Shown: positions 37,962-49,640 of the stretch, piece after piece
Layout of the letters: each line of letters starts with the position of its first letter
Numbering within the stretch: position 1 is the stretch's first letter
Program-made: the position numbers and the translations under genes
From: Dehalococcoidia bacterium
GTDB lineage: Bacteria; Chloroflexota; Dehalococcoidia; Plut-88900
DNA: 64,000 nt
Assembly: GCA_963668115.1 (NCBI GenBank)
Contig: OY764147.1
Span: forward strand, 456,345 to 520,344
Reading direction: 5' to 3'
Notes under the pieces: generated by a model
Databases searched by the model: none
Seen by the model: the letters and a program-made list of their open reading frames with translations, nothing else
Told to the model about the DNA's origin: nothing

Positions 37962-39496
37962 ACGGCGACGCGCTCCAGGTCTTTCAGAATCGCCTTTGCG
38001 GCGTTGTGACCCGGAGCGCCTGTGATCTCGCCGCCGGGGTGGGTGCCTGAGCCGCACATGTAGAAGCGGTCGATGGTCGAGCGGTAGGGCATGCGGCCGG
38101 AGAATATCTGCTTACTGGTGATGTCTATGTGGCGGATGTTGCCGTCGGTGAGGAACTGACGGATTTCAATGTCCTCGGGGGTCTGGAGGGTCCAGTCGAC
38201 GATGGACTCACGGAAGTTGGGGGCGTAGGTTGTGAGGATGTCGATCAGCTTTTCTCCAACTTTCGGTCCCTCGACATCCCACGAACCTTCCTTGAGCTCG
38301 GCGGGAGCGTAGAGGGTCCACGCGGAGAGGACGTGATGGCCGGGTGGGGTCAACGACTTGTCGTAGATTGAGGGCATCTGGACGTTCATCACGGGGCAGC
38401 TGGATGGGTAGCCGTTCTTGGCGTCGTCCCAACTCTGCTGGAAGTACTCGACGGAGGGGCAGATGCGGAAGTAGGCGGTGAGCCGGGGGTCGTAGCCTTC
38501 GCCGAGGTAGCTGCTGAAGTCGGGGAGCTCACGGAGGGCGACGAGGAGCTTGACGCAGTTGGCACGGGTGGTGAGGCCGTCGACCTTGGACCTGGTGGCG
38601 GGGTCGACGTCTGCGGAGTCGACGAGGTCATTGTAGGTGCGCTTGGGGTCGGCGTTGGAGACGACCATGAAGCTCCTGATCTCCTCGCCGTTTTCGAGTC
38701 GGACGCCGACGGCCGCGCCGTTCTCGACGATCAACTTGTCGACGACGGTGTTGAGTCGGATCTCGACGCCGAGGGACTCGGCGTAGCGGGCCATGGAGAA
38801 GGGGAGCTGGCTCATGCCGCCGCGGGGGATGCCGTAGTTCTCGGGCTTGGTGAAGGCGTTGACCCGGAGGTAGGCGAGGCTGAGGATGCTGCCGGGGGCG
38901 CTCGGGTCACCGGCGTCCTGGGCGTCGATGAAGTGGGCCTTGACCTGGGGGTGCTCGAAATGCTGGTCGACGAGGTCCCTCATGCTGACGGTGAGCATGG
39001 TCTCCCAAACTTCCTCGTCGCTGGTGCCTCGGACGTCCTGGTAGACCTCGGCGATGGTCGGGGGTTCGCGGAACCAGTACCTGTGGAGGATAGCGGAGGC
39101 CCGCTCCCAGAAGCTGGCCCACTCCGGGAAGGCCTGGGCGTCCTTTTCGGAGAAGCGGGCCAACTCCCGGGCGTTCTTGTGGTTTTCCCGGTAGGTCATG
39201 ATGTAGTTGCCGTCCGGGAAGGGGTCGAAGCGGAAGGTGGTGAAGGGGATGATGTCGAGGCCGTTGTCACGCAGCTTGAGGTCGTCGATGACCCGGCCCT
39301 GCATGATGTGGAGGATGTAGGCGCAGTACGGAATGTTGAAGCCGGGGGCGAGTTCGTCGGTCACCACGGCTCCGCCGACCATCTCAAGGCGCTCCAATAC
39401 GAGGACCTTCAGGCCCTCCTGGGCGAGGTAACCGGCGGTGACGAGGCCGTTGTGCCCGGCCCCGATGATGATGGCGTCGTACTGGTGCTGCTGCAT
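37958..39496 (-). CDS. Phytoene desaturase-family FAD-dependent oxidoreductase (CrtI-like)
   Basis: N-terminal YDAIIIGAGHNGLVTAGYLAQEGLKVLVLE dinucleotide-binding motif. 512 aa. Confidence 0.8.
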   Translation of the reverse strand: MQQHQYDAIIIGAGHNGLVTAGYLAQEGLKVLVLERLEMVGGAVVTDELAPGFNIPYCAYILHIMQGRVIDDLKLRDNGLDIIPFTTFRFDPFPDGNYIMTYRENHKNARELARFSEKDAQAFPEWASFWERASAILHRYWFREPPTIAEVYQDVRGTSDEEVWETMLTVSMRDLVDQHFEHPQVKAHFIDAQDAGDPSAPGSILSLAYLRVNAFTKPENYGIPRGGMSQLPFSMARYAESLGVEIRLNTVVDKLIVENGAAVGVRLENGEEIRSFMVVSNADPKRTYNDLVDSADVDPATRSKVDGLTTRANCVKLLVALRELPDFSSYLGEGYDPRLTAYFRICPSVEYFQQSWDDAKNGYPSSCPVMNVQMPSIYDKSLTPPGHHVLSAWTLYAPAELKEGSWDVEGPKVGEKLIDILTTYAPNFRESIVDWTLQTPEDIEIRQFLTDGNIRHIDITSKQIFSGRMPYRSTIDRFYMCGSGTHPGGEITGAPGHNAAKAILKDLERVAV

Positions 39497-39521
39497 TTGG
39501 CGTGGTCTCCGGGGGTCGGGG

Positions 39522-40613
39522 CTAGTTGAACATGATGACGCTTCGGGCGATGTGGGCGTCCCGCATGTCCTCGAAGGCCTGGTTGATGTCCTCCAGCTGG
39601 ATACGCTTGGAGATGATCTCGTCGAGCTTCAGGCGGCCCTGGCGGTAGAGCTCCATGTACTGGGGCATGTCGACGCGGAAGTGGTTGGAGCCCATGTTGC
39701 TGCCCTGGAGTCGGCGGCCGTCCAGCAAGGCAGGCCCGTCAATCGTGACCTTCGTGCCCTGGGGGATCATGCCGATGACGGTTGCGGTGCCGCCCTTGTC
39801 GAGCATGTCATAGCACTGCTCGGCGGTTACGGCCTTGCCTATGGCTTCGAAGGAGTAGTCGACACCCAAGCCTCCAGTCAGCCCTTTTACCCTGTCGACA
39901 ACATCGCCCTTCGACGCGTCTATTACGTGGGTAGCGCCGACTCTCTGTGCGAATCCCAGCTTGTCTTCGACGGCGTCGATAGCGATGACCTTTGCGGCCC
40001 CGGCGATGAGAGCGCCGTTGATCGCGCTTAGTCCGACGCCGCCACAGCCGACAACTGCCACGGTACTGCCGGGCCTAACCCTGGCCGTTCTCATGGCGGC
40101 CCCGACGCCGGTGGTCACGCCGCAGCCGATGAGGGCCTGAACCTCGATAGGCACGTCCTCTTCGACTACGACCGCAGCGTTTTCATGGACGAGCATGTAC
40201 TCAGCGAAGGATGAGAGGTTCATGGCCTGGTGGATCACCTCGTCGTCCTTGTGCAGGCGAGGGGACTCGTCACGGCTTCTCTTCAGGCCTACGCCCCTGC
40301 AGTTCACCATCTCGCCCTGGATGCACTTGTCGCAGGTGCCGCAGAAGACGGAAAGGCAGGTTATGACACGGTCGCCGGGCTGATGGTAGGTGACCTGGGA
40401 GCCGACAGCGGCGACCGTTCCTGCTGCCTCGTGGCCGAGGATGGTCGGGAGGGGGCACTTGTAGAGGCCGTCGACGTAGTGGAGGTCGCTGTGGCAAACG
40501 CCGGATGCGCCGGTCTTAATGAGGATTTCTCGGGGGCCGGGTTCGCCGACGTCGACATCTTCAATGCTTACTTCCTCGTAGGGTGCTCTCATCACGGCTG
40601 CTTTCATCTTCAT
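39522..40613 (-). CDS. Zn-dependent alcohol dehydrogenase (MDR family)
   Basis: GVCHSDLH and GHEAAG motifs, structural Zn Cys cluster (CGTCDKC), GxGxxG. Confidence 0.85.
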   Translation of the reverse strand: MKMKAAVMRAPYEEVSIEDVDVGEPGPREILIKTGASGVCHSDLHYVDGLYKCPLPTILGHEAAGTVAAVGSQVTYHQPGDRVITCLSVFCGTCDKCIQGEMVNCRGVGLKRSRDESPRLHKDDEVIHQAMNLSSFAEYMLVHENAAVVVEEDVPIEVQALIGCGVTTGVGAAMRTARVRPGSTVAVVGCGGVGLSAINGALIAGAAKVIAIDAVEDKLGFAQRVGATHVIDASKGDVVDRVKGLTGGLGVDYSFEAIGKAVTAEQCYDMLDKGGTATVIGMIPQGTKVTIDGPALLDGRRLQGSNMGSNHFRVDMPQYMELYRQGRLKLDEIISKRIQLEDINQAFEDMRDAHIARSVIMFN

Positions 40614-40675
40614 GTCGGGTTTCCTCCTTGGGGGTGTGGGGCGGGCGGCCTTTGTGGATCCGTATGTGGACTTAG

Positions 40676-41758
40676 TTAGTTGAAAGTCAATACGCTGCGG
40701 GCCACGTGGCCTTCCTTCATGTCATCGAAGGCCCTGTTCACGTCTTCAAGGGGCATTTGCTGGGAGATCATCTCCTTGAGCTTCAACCGACCCTGAAGGT
40801 AAAGCTCAATGTAGCGGGGCATGTCTATGCGGAACCGGTTGGAGCCCATGCTGCTGCCGCCGATCTTGCGTTCGCTGAGGAGGGATGGGCCGTCGATATG
40901 TATCTCGGTGCCCTCGGGGATCATGCCTATGACGGTGGCCGTTCCACCGGTGTCGAGCATGTAGTAGGCCTGCTCGGCGGTCTTCTTCAGGCCTATGGCT
41001 TCGAATGAGTAGTCGACGCCTCGGGGGGAAATGGCATGCACTTTTTCCACTGCATCCCCGGTAGAAGCATCCACGACGTCCGTTGCACCGAGTTCCCTTG
41101 CCAAACCGAGCTTCGTTTCTACGGTGTCGATGGCTATGATCTTCTCCGCGCCTGCCAGGACTGCTCCCTGCAATGCGCTGAGCCCGATGCCACCCAGTCC
41201 AAGGACTGCCACAGTGCTGCCCGGGGCCACCTTTGCAGTGTTCAGCGCTGCCCCGACTCCGGTCGTGACCGCGCAGCCGATCAATGCCACCTCTTCAAGG
41301 GGCACGTCCTCACGGATCTTGCAGGTGGCGTTTTCGTGGACGAGCATGTATTCGGCAAAGGTGGAGAGATAGGAGAACTGGTGAATTCTGTCGCCGTTCT
41401 GTCTGAGTCGAGGTGGTGCGCTAGGAGAGCGCTCCATGCCCTTGCGTCGGCAGAGATGGGGGTTCCCGCTAAGGCATTTGTCGCACATGCCGCAGAAGAC
41501 GGACAGGCACGTAATGACGTGGTCGCCCGGTTTGACGTAGTCCACCATAGACCCCACGGCCTCGATGACGCCTGCGGCCTCGTCACCCAGGATGGTTGGC
41601 ATGGGGAAGGAGTATTTGCCCTCCATATAGTGGAGATTGCTGTGGCAGACACCGGAGGCCACGGTACGGATCACCACCTCGTTGGGGCCCGGGTCGTCGA
41701 TCTGGACGTCCTCGATGGTCAGGGGGGCGTCGACTTCGCGCAGTACGGCTGCTCGCAT
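40676..41758 (-). CDS. Zn-dependent alcohol dehydrogenase (tandem paralog)
   Basis: Same motifs (GVCHSNLH, GDEAAG, CGMCDKC). About 55-60% identical to the neighbour. Confidence 0.85.
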   Translation of the reverse strand: MRAAVLREVDAPLTIEDVQIDDPGPNEVVIRTVASGVCHSNLHYMEGKYSFPMPTILGDEAAGVIEAVGSMVDYVKPGDHVITCLSVFCGMCDKCLSGNPHLCRRKGMERSPSAPPRLRQNGDRIHQFSYLSTFAEYMLVHENATCKIREDVPLEEVALIGCAVTTGVGAALNTAKVAPGSTVAVLGLGGIGLSALQGAVLAGAEKIIAIDTVETKLGLARELGATDVVDASTGDAVEKVHAISPRGVDYSFEAIGLKKTAEQAYYMLDTGGTATVIGMIPEGTEIHIDGPSLLSERKIGGSSMGSNRFRIDMPRYIELYLQGRLKLKEMISQQMPLEDVNRAFDDMKEGHVARSVLTFN

Positions 41759-41936
41759 GGGTTACCTCCTAAATAAAGGGCGGTAAGCTGTGTGGAATCA
41801 GGTCGGGTATTAGGAAAGTTTATTATCCCGTGTCGGGCGGCGTCAACACGGTTGAGGCTAGCTTCAGGCTTCAGCCGATTGCGGAGCTTTCATGTAAGAT
41901 ATACAGGCCAGTTCTCCGAAAACCAAACGAGCACCT

Positions 41937-42509
41937 TTGAGGAGCATGTCAATGACCAGTGAATCGGGTTCCAAAGTTATCAGGGGAGCGGAGTTCGACG
42001 AGCGCTACAAAGGGTATATCCGCATCCTGGGGTGCCTGTACCTGGTTATCACAGTGGTCGGGATCCTGTTGATTCCGTTCTGGCTGATTTTCAGTCTCTG
42101 GTTCGCGCCTGAGTCGCTGCGTCGGCTTTCGGCCCGGGTGACTGCCAACAGCGTTGAAATCAAGAAGGGGGTCTATTTCCGCAAGGAAATTACGATCCCC
42201 CTGAACCGCATCACCGACGTGCGGCTGCACGACGGGCCTCTGATGCGCTATTACGGCATCCGGGGGATCAGGGTGGAGACTGCGGGGCAGGCGGGACAGA
42301 ACGCGGGCAGCGAGGGCGACCTGGTTGGAGTTGTTGATGCCGTCGCGTTCCGGGATGCCGTCCTGCGGCAACGGGAGATCATGGTAGAGGGCGGTCAGGC
42401 CGCTGTTCCTGCACCCGCCGCCGGGGCGCCGACCGACAGCGCCTCGGTGCTGGCCGAGATACGGGACATACTGGCCCGTATAGAGTCAAAGGGTGGAATG
42501 ACCGGCTAG
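41937..42509 (+). CDS. Membrane-anchored bacterial PH (bPH_2/YdbT-like) domain protein
   Basis: Two TM helices followed by the ..IKKGVYFRKEITIPLNRITDV.. bPH motif. The start may be internal. Confidence 0.6.
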   Translation: MRSMSMTSESGSKVIRGAEFDERYKGYIRILGCLYLVITVVGILLIPFWLIFSLWFAPESLRRLSARVTANSVEIKKGVYFRKEITIPLNRITDVRLHDGPLMRYYGIRGIRVETAGQAGQNAGSEGDLVGVVDAVAFRDAVLRQREIMVEGGQAAVPAPAAGAPTDSASVLAEIRDILARIESKGGMTG

Positions 42510-42551
42510 ATGGGATGCATTGCGCCCCTCATGGCTACATCACCAAGAAAG

Positions 42552-42584
42552 AATCGGGGGATGCGCCAAGCGCATCCCCCGATT
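42552..42584. terminator. Bidirectional terminator hairpin
   Basis: Perfect 15-bp stem AATCGGGGGATGCGC-caa-GCGCATCCCCCGATT between convergent genes. Confidence 0.65.
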
Positions 42585-42612
42585 GCCGTCCAATTCAAAT
42601 TGCGGTTTTACC

Positions 42613-43071
42613 CTACTCAGTAGTTACCCTTTCTCCCTCACCCAGCAACGCCGCCTTCAGTGTGTGCCAGGGCAGGGTGGCGCACTTGACGCGCATGGGG
42701 AACTCGCTGACGCCCGACAGGGCGGCCAGCTTGCCCAACTTGTCTATGGCCTCCATCATGTCCATGTTGATTTCGCCGGTAACGGACTGATGGAAGGTCT
42801 CTAACAGTTCCTCGGTGGCCTTCCTGTCGAGGCCCTTGACCAGCTCGGTCATCATCGAGGCGGAGGCCTTGGAAATGGCGCACCCCTCCCCCTGGAAGCC
42901 GACCTCCCTGACAGTGTCGCCGTCCATGAGGACTTCCACGTTTATCATGTCGCCGCATAGGGGGTTGTAGCCGTTGGCCGAACCATTGGCGTTGGGCAGC
43001 CGCCCGAAATTTCTCGGGCGGTTGTTGTGGTCCAGCACCGCCTGCTGGTAGAGGTCTGAAAGCTCGCTCAT
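42613..43071 (-). CDS. sufU: SUF-system Fe-S cluster scaffold SufU/NifU-like
   Basis: 152-aa ORF with NPLCGD…GCAIS…C motifs. Confidence 0.85.
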   Translation of the reverse strand: MSELSDLYQQAVLDHNNRPRNFGRLPNANGSANGYNPLCGDMINVEVLMDGDTVREVGFQGEGCAISKASASMMTELVKGLDRKATEELLETFHQSVTGEINMDMMEAIDKLGKLAALSGVSEFPMRVKCATLPWHTLKAALLGEGERVTTE

Positions 43072-44318
43072 GGGTTGAAGACCTCGATGACCTTGTCCAG
43101 GCCTTTGACGAGGGCGTCGATGTCCGACCTGGTATTGTAAAACGCCAGGGAAGCCCTGGCGGTGGCCGGTATGCCGAAGTGCTGCATGACGGGCTGGGCG
43201 CAGTGGTGGCCGGTGCGGATGGCGACGCCCTCGGTGTCGAGGATGGTGCCGACGTCGTGGGCGTGGATGCCGTCAAGCAGGAAGGAGACCACGCCCGCCT
43301 TTTCGCGGGCTGTGCCGAGGATGCGGACTCTTTCGATGGAAGAGAGGGCTTCGTGGGCGTAGTGAAGGAGGCTTTTCTCGTAGTCGAAGATGCGGGCCAT
43401 GCCCACGGATTCCACGTAGTCGATGGCCGCTCCCAGTCCTATGGCGCCTGCGATGTTCGGGGTGCCGGCCTCGAACTTGTAGGGGAGGTCGTTGTAAATG
43501 GTCTTTTCGAAGGTCACGGACTTGATCATATCGCCGCCGCCCTGATAAGGGGGCATGGCATCAAGAATCTCCGCCTTGCCGTAGAGGACGCCCATGCCCG
43601 TGGGGCCGAAGACCTTATGGGAGGAGAAGGTAAAGAAATCGCAGTCCAGGTCCTGCATGTCGACCGGGCCATGGGGCACGGCCTGGGCGCCGTCTATGAG
43701 AACGGGAATGTCTCGGGCGTGGGCCATCTCGACGATGGTCTTGACGGGATTTATGGTGCCGAGGGCGTTGGAAGTGTGGGCCATTGCGACGAGCTTGGTC
43801 CGGGGCCCGAGAATGCGCTCGTATTCATCAATGAGGAGCTCGCCGTCTTCGTTGAAGGGGACGACCTTGAGCTCGGCGCCGGTCTGCTCGCAGAGCATTT
43901 GCCAGGGGACGATGTTGGAATGGTGCTCCATTTCGGAGATGACGATCTCGTCACCCGGGCCTACGTTGGCGGGGCCGTAGCTACCTGCCACGAGATTGAT
44001 GCCGTCCGTGGTGCCTCTTACGAAGATGATCTCCCGGTCTTCGGAGGCGTTAATGAAGCTGCGCACCTTGGCCCGGGCGCCTTCGTATTCGGCGGTGGCC
44101 ATTTCGCTGAGGGCGTGGAGGCCCCTGTGGACGTTGGCGTTGTATCGGGCGTAGTAGTCGGAGATGGCGTCAATGACGGACTGGGGCTTCTGGCTGGTGG
44201 CGGCGTTGTCGAGGTAGACGAGGGGCTTGCCCCTCACCTCCTGATTGATGGCCGGGAACTGGCTCCTGAGCCGCCTGGCTTCAGCATCGTCAATGGGGCG
44301 GGCGCCGTCGGGGCTCAT
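43068..44318 (-). CDS. sufS: Cysteine desulfurase SufS
   Basis: Class V PLP enzyme with SSHK lysine motif. Start placed at ATG 44316-44318 (MSPDGARPID); the tracked N-terminal extension is spurious. Confidence 0.9.
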   Translation of the reverse strand: MSPDGARPIDDAEARRLRSQFPAINQEVRGKPLVYLDNAATSQKPQSVIDAISDYYARYNANVHRGLHALSEMATAEYEGARAKVRSFINASEDREIIFVRGTTDGINLVAGSYGPANVGPGDEIVISEMEHHSNIVPWQMLCEQTGAELKVVPFNEDGELLIDEYERILGPRTKLVAMAHTSNALGTINPVKTIVEMAHARDIPVLIDGAQAVPHGPVDMQDLDCDFFTFSSHKVFGPTGMGVLYGKAEILDAMPPYQGGGDMIKSVTFEKTIYNDLPYKFEAGTPNIAGAIGLGAAIDYVESVGMARIFDYEKSLLHYAHEALSSIERVRILGTAREKAGVVSFLLDGIHAHDVGTILDTEGVAIRTGHHCAQPVMQHFGIPATARASLAFYNTRSDIDALVKGLDKVIEVFNP

Positions 44319-45641
44319 GCGTTGGCCTCGAAGGCGCCTGAATCGGCGCAGCGGGTCAGTTTTTCCCGAACGAGGGCCGACATATATTCGCGAATCCGGG
44401 TGTCGGGGGCGAGGGAGAGGACGGCCTCTGCGAAGCCGTAGGTCAGGATGCGTCGGGACTGGGCAGGGCCGATTCCACGGCTGGCGAGGTAGAAGATGGC
44501 CTCTTCGTCCAGCTGGCCTACGGTGGCCCCGTGGGAGCATTTGAGGTCGTCGGCGAAGATTTCAAGCTGGGGCTTGGTGTCGACCATGGAGCGATCGGAG
44601 AGGAGGAGGTTGTTGTTGGTCTGATGGGCGTCGACCTGGTGGGTGCCGCGTCGGGCGATGATCTTGCCGTTGAAGACGGCTCTTGCATTGTCGGTGAGTA
44701 CGCCCTTGTAGAGCTGCCGGCTGGGTGTGAAGGATGCGGTGTGGTCGACGGAAGTGTGGTTGTCGACGTGGCCGTTAGCCGAGGCGACGTAGAGGCCGTT
44801 CATGGTGCACTCGGCGCCCTCGCCTTCAAGAGTAACCGACAGGTCGTTGCGGGCGATTCTTGCACCGAGGTCGAGGGTGAAGGAGGTGAAGGCGCTGTCT
44901 CGGGCGAGGGTGACGTTTGTCGTGGATACGTGGTAGGCCTCGGGGCCTTCTTCCTGGACCTTGTACCAGGCGAGCCGGGCACCCTCTTCAATGCACGATG
45001 TTGGTTACGGCGTTGGTCAGGCAGACACCTTCGCCGCCGGCGTAGTGCTCGAGAACCGTTGCGGTGGCGCCCTTTTCGATGATGATGAGGTTGCGGGGTG
45101 GGCCATGGAGGGGGTGGGGGCTTGTTCAGCGAGGAAGGAGAGGAGCATCGGGGTTGAGACGTTAGCGCCAGCGGGAACCCTGATGAAGCCGCCGTCCTCA
45201 AGGAAAGCCCTGTTCAGGGCCACGAAGCCGTTGGAGACGTGGGCAGGATTGCCCGACAGATGGGCTTCTATTGCCTTTGGGAAAACGCGAATGGCGCGGG
45301 CGAGGCTCGTTACTTCGAACGGACCGGCATCGTCTTCCAAACCGACGCTGGAAGCGTACTTCCCGCCGACGAACCGGAGCCCGGGAAGGTCCAGTGAAGA
45401 TATCGAAGAACCAGCGTAATCTCCGGCCCGGGCCAGGGTGAAGCGCTGCCTGGCTATGGGGGCGACGTTGGTGTATTTCCAGTCCTCGTCGCGGGTGGTA
45501 GGGAAGCCGAGGGACTCGAACTCCCGGAAGGGCGTCGCGCCTGAGGGATTGCAGCCAATCGGGTGCGGAGCCCTCATCCCGAGCCTGGAGGGCTTCGAAC
45601 TCGCTAACGAAGGAGTGTTCGCTGCTGCGGACTTGTACCAA
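44315..45641 (-). pseudogene. sufD: Fe-S assembly protein SufD interrupted by three 1-nt homopolymer indels
   Basis: SufD-like segments lie in three frames. N-terminus (..APDWLQSLRRDAL) to +1 C at ~45525, then (..REFESLGFPTTRDEDWKYT…LLSFLAEQAP) to -1 C at ~45096, then (HPRNLIIIEKGATATV…TNIV) to +1 T at ~44990, then (EEGARLAWYKVQEEG…) to the end. Confidence 0.75.
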
Positions 45642-45674
45642 TTTGGAGGCTCTTTGCGGGTATGGTTGTGGATG

Positions 45675-46430
45675 TCAGGCCGTGGCGACCTGATCGCGGA
45701 CCCAGTCGTAGCCGTGCTCTTCCAGGTGCTGGGCGAGGCTGCCGTCTCCCGACTCCACAATCCGTCCGTCCATCAAAACGTGGACATAGTCGGGACCGAC
45801 GTACTCGAGGATTCTCTGGTAGTGGGTGATCAGCAGGACGGCCTTTGAAGGGCTTCTCAAGCGGTTAATGCCTTCGGAGACGATTCTGAGGGCGTCGATG
45901 TCCAGGCCGGAGTCGGTCTCGTCCAGGACGGCGAGGTCGGGTTCCAGGACGGCCATCTGGAGTATCTCGTTGCGCTTCTTTTCGCCGCCGGAGAAGCCGT
46001 CGTTGAGGGGTCGGTTCAGGTAGGAGGGGTCCATCTCCACCACCTGAAGCTTGTCCTTGAGGAAGCGGTAGAACTCCACGGCATCCAGTTCCGTTTGCCC
46101 TCTGTGCTCCCTGAGGGAGTTGTAGGCAGTCTTCAGGAATTCCTGGGTGGAGACTCCAGGGATCTCGTAGGGGTACTGGAAGGCCATGAAAATGCCTTCG
46201 CGGGCGCGTTCCTCGGGGGGGAGTTCAAGGATGGACTTTCCTTTGTAAAGTACATCGCCCCGGGTGCAGGTGTAGGAGTGGTGGCCGGAGAGGACTCGGG
46301 CGAGGGTGCTTTTGCCGGAGCCGTTGGGTCCCATGATGGCGTGGAACTCGCCGGCTTTGACGGTCAGGTTGATTCCCTTGAGGATTTCAACGTCGCCGAC
46401 TCCGGCGTGAAGGTCCCTGATTTCAAGCAA
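45675..46430 (-). CDS. sufC: Fe-S cluster assembly ATPase SufC
   Basis: Walker [13 protein letters not shown] signature and Walker B. Confidence 0.95.
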   Translation of the reverse strand: MLEIRDLHAGVGDVEILKGINLTVKAGEFHAIMGPNGSGKSTLARVLSGHHSYTCTRGDVLYKGKSILELPPEERAREGIFMAFQYPYEIPGVSTQEFLKTAYNSLREHRGQTELDAVEFYRFLKDKLQVVEMDPSYLNRPLNDGFSGGEKKRNEILQMAVLEPDLAVLDETDSGLDIDALRIVSEGINRLRSPSKAVLLITHYQRILEYVGPDYVHVLMDGRIVESGDGSLAQHLEEHGYDWVRDQVATA

Positions 46431-46444
46431 TTGAGAGTTCTCCC

Positions 46445-47881
<1,437 letters not shown>

Positions 47882-48174
47882 GTTAACTCCCCGCCTGGAC
47901 TGGAGATTCGGGTAACAGAACGGAGGATTTTACATCAAAAACCGGGGCCTTCCAAAAAAGCGGACGCCCCGGTGAGCCGCCTAATCTGTGGTCTGGAGGA
48001 ATTATAATCGCTTTTGTTATAAAAATCCATACGAAAAAGGTCTCGGGAGGGGTATTCTGCTTCTATGCGCTTTGAAAGATCGAGTGAGCAATACGGCTGA
48101 GCTTGTTCGGTTGACGCCTCCCAATCCCCTCTTTACAGTTGTCCCCCGAGACGCGAATCCAAGGAGAATATACC

Positions 48175-49572
48175 TTGACCGACGACAAACCGACCCGAAT
48201 CGAAAAAGACTCCATGGGCCCGATGGAAGTTCCCGCCGACGCCTACTATGGCGCCTCGACCATGCGGGCCGTACTGAATTTTCCCATCAGCGACCTCCGG
48301 TTTCCCCGCTCGTTTATCCGGGCCTTGGGACTGATAAAGTTGGCGGCCGCCGAGGTGAACTGTGAGCTTAGCCTGCTGGACTCCGACAAGAAAGATGGAA
48401 TCGTGCGGGCCGCTCAAGAAGTGGTGGACGGGAAGCTGGACGAGCATTTCGTGCTGGACATATTCCAGACGGGCTCCGGCACTTCGACGAACATGAATGC
48501 CAACGAGGTTATCGCGAACCGGGCGTCGGAGATCATGGGAGGGGGAATCGGGTCACGGGCGGTGCATCCGAACGACCACGTGAACAAGGGGCAGTCTTCC
48601 AACGACGTTATTCCCACCACCATGCATCTGGCTGCTCTTAACGAGATCGAGACCGACCTTGTCCCGGCGCTACAGAGAACCCAGGCGGCGCTTGAATCGA
48701 AATCTCGGGAGTTCTGGGACATCATCAAGACGGGGCGCACCCATTTACAGGACGCGACCCCCGTGCGGTTGGGACAGGAGTTCAAGGGGTATGCGAGTCA
48801 GATAGAGCTTGGGATCAAGCGGTTGGAGCATGCCCGTGAGGAGCTTTCGCAGGTTGCGCTGGGGGGCACGGCGGTGGGGACGGGGGTGAACACGCATCCC
48901 GAGTTCGCAGCAAGGGTCACGGCTCGGGTGTCGGAGTTGGAAGGGGTGACGATACGGGAGACAGAACACCATTTCCAGGCACAGAACTCCCTGGATGGTG
49001 CAGTGGAGGCGAGCGCAGTTCTGCGCACAATCGCTATCAGTCTGACGAAGATAGCGAATGACATACGTTGGATGGGGTCGGGGCCGAGGGCGGGGATCGG
49101 GGAGTTGGCGTTGCCGGAAGTCCAGCCCGGAAGCTCGATAATGCCGGGGAAGGTAAACCCGGTTATCCCGGAGTCGGTGATCCAGGTATGTGCCCAGGTC
49201 AAGGGCAATGATGCGACCATAGCGGCCGCGGGGCAGGACGGCTATTTCGAGATCAACTTGATGATGCCGGTGGCGGCCTACAACTTACTGCAGTCGGTTT
49301 CCATTCTAGCCGCTGCCGCGGACAACTTGACAAAGCAGTGCATAGAAGGGCTCCGGGCGACGGACCAGGGCCCGAGCACGGTGGAGCGAGGGCTGATGAT
49401 CGGGACTGCCCTGGCCCCGGTAGTCGGGTACGACCTTTCCGCCCAGATCGCCAAGGAAGCTGCGAAGAGTGACCGCACGATCCGTGAGGTTGCGCGGGAA
49501 ATGGCCGACCTATCCGAGGAAGATCTGTCTCGAATCCTGGACCCGGAGAAGATGGTCGAGCCCCGGGCGTAG
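48175..49572 (+). CDS. aspA: Aspartate ammonia-lyase (class II fumarase/aspartase family)
   Basis: GSSIMPGKVNPVIPE signature (PVIPE favours aspartase over fumarase). TTG start at 48175 preceded by AAGGAG; the tracked 48139 start is probably too long. Confidence 0.8.
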   Translation: MTDDKPTRIEKDSMGPMEVPADAYYGASTMRAVLNFPISDLRFPRSFIRALGLIKLAAAEVNCELSLLDSDKKDGIVRAAQEVVDGKLDEHFVLDIFQTGSGTSTNMNANEVIANRASEIMGGGIGSRAVHPNDHVNKGQSSNDVIPTTMHLAALNEIETDLVPALQRTQAALESKSREFWDIIKTGRTHLQDATPVRLGQEFKGYASQIELGIKRLEHAREELSQVALGGTAVGTGVNTHPEFAARVTARVSELEGVTIRETEHHFQAQNSLDGAVEASAVLRTIAISLTKIANDIRWMGSGPRAGIGELALPEVQPGSSIMPGKVNPVIPESVIQVCAQVKGNDATIAAAGQDGYFEINLMMPVAAYNLLQSVSILAAAADNLTKQCIEGLRATDQGPSTVERGLMIGTALAPVVGYDLSAQIAKEAAKSDRTIREVAREMADLSEEDLSRILDPEKMVEPRA

Positions 49573-49587
49573 GCCTTAGGCGAAAGA

Positions 49588-49618
49588 AAGGCGTCGGCGG
49601 AATACGCCGACGCCTTTG
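49588..49618. terminator. Bidirectional terminator hairpin
   Basis: AAAGGCGTCGGCG-gaata-CGCCGACGCCTTT perfect stem between convergent aspA and adh. Confidence 0.65.
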
Positions 49619-49640
49619 CTATCCGGGATTGGTCTCGCCT

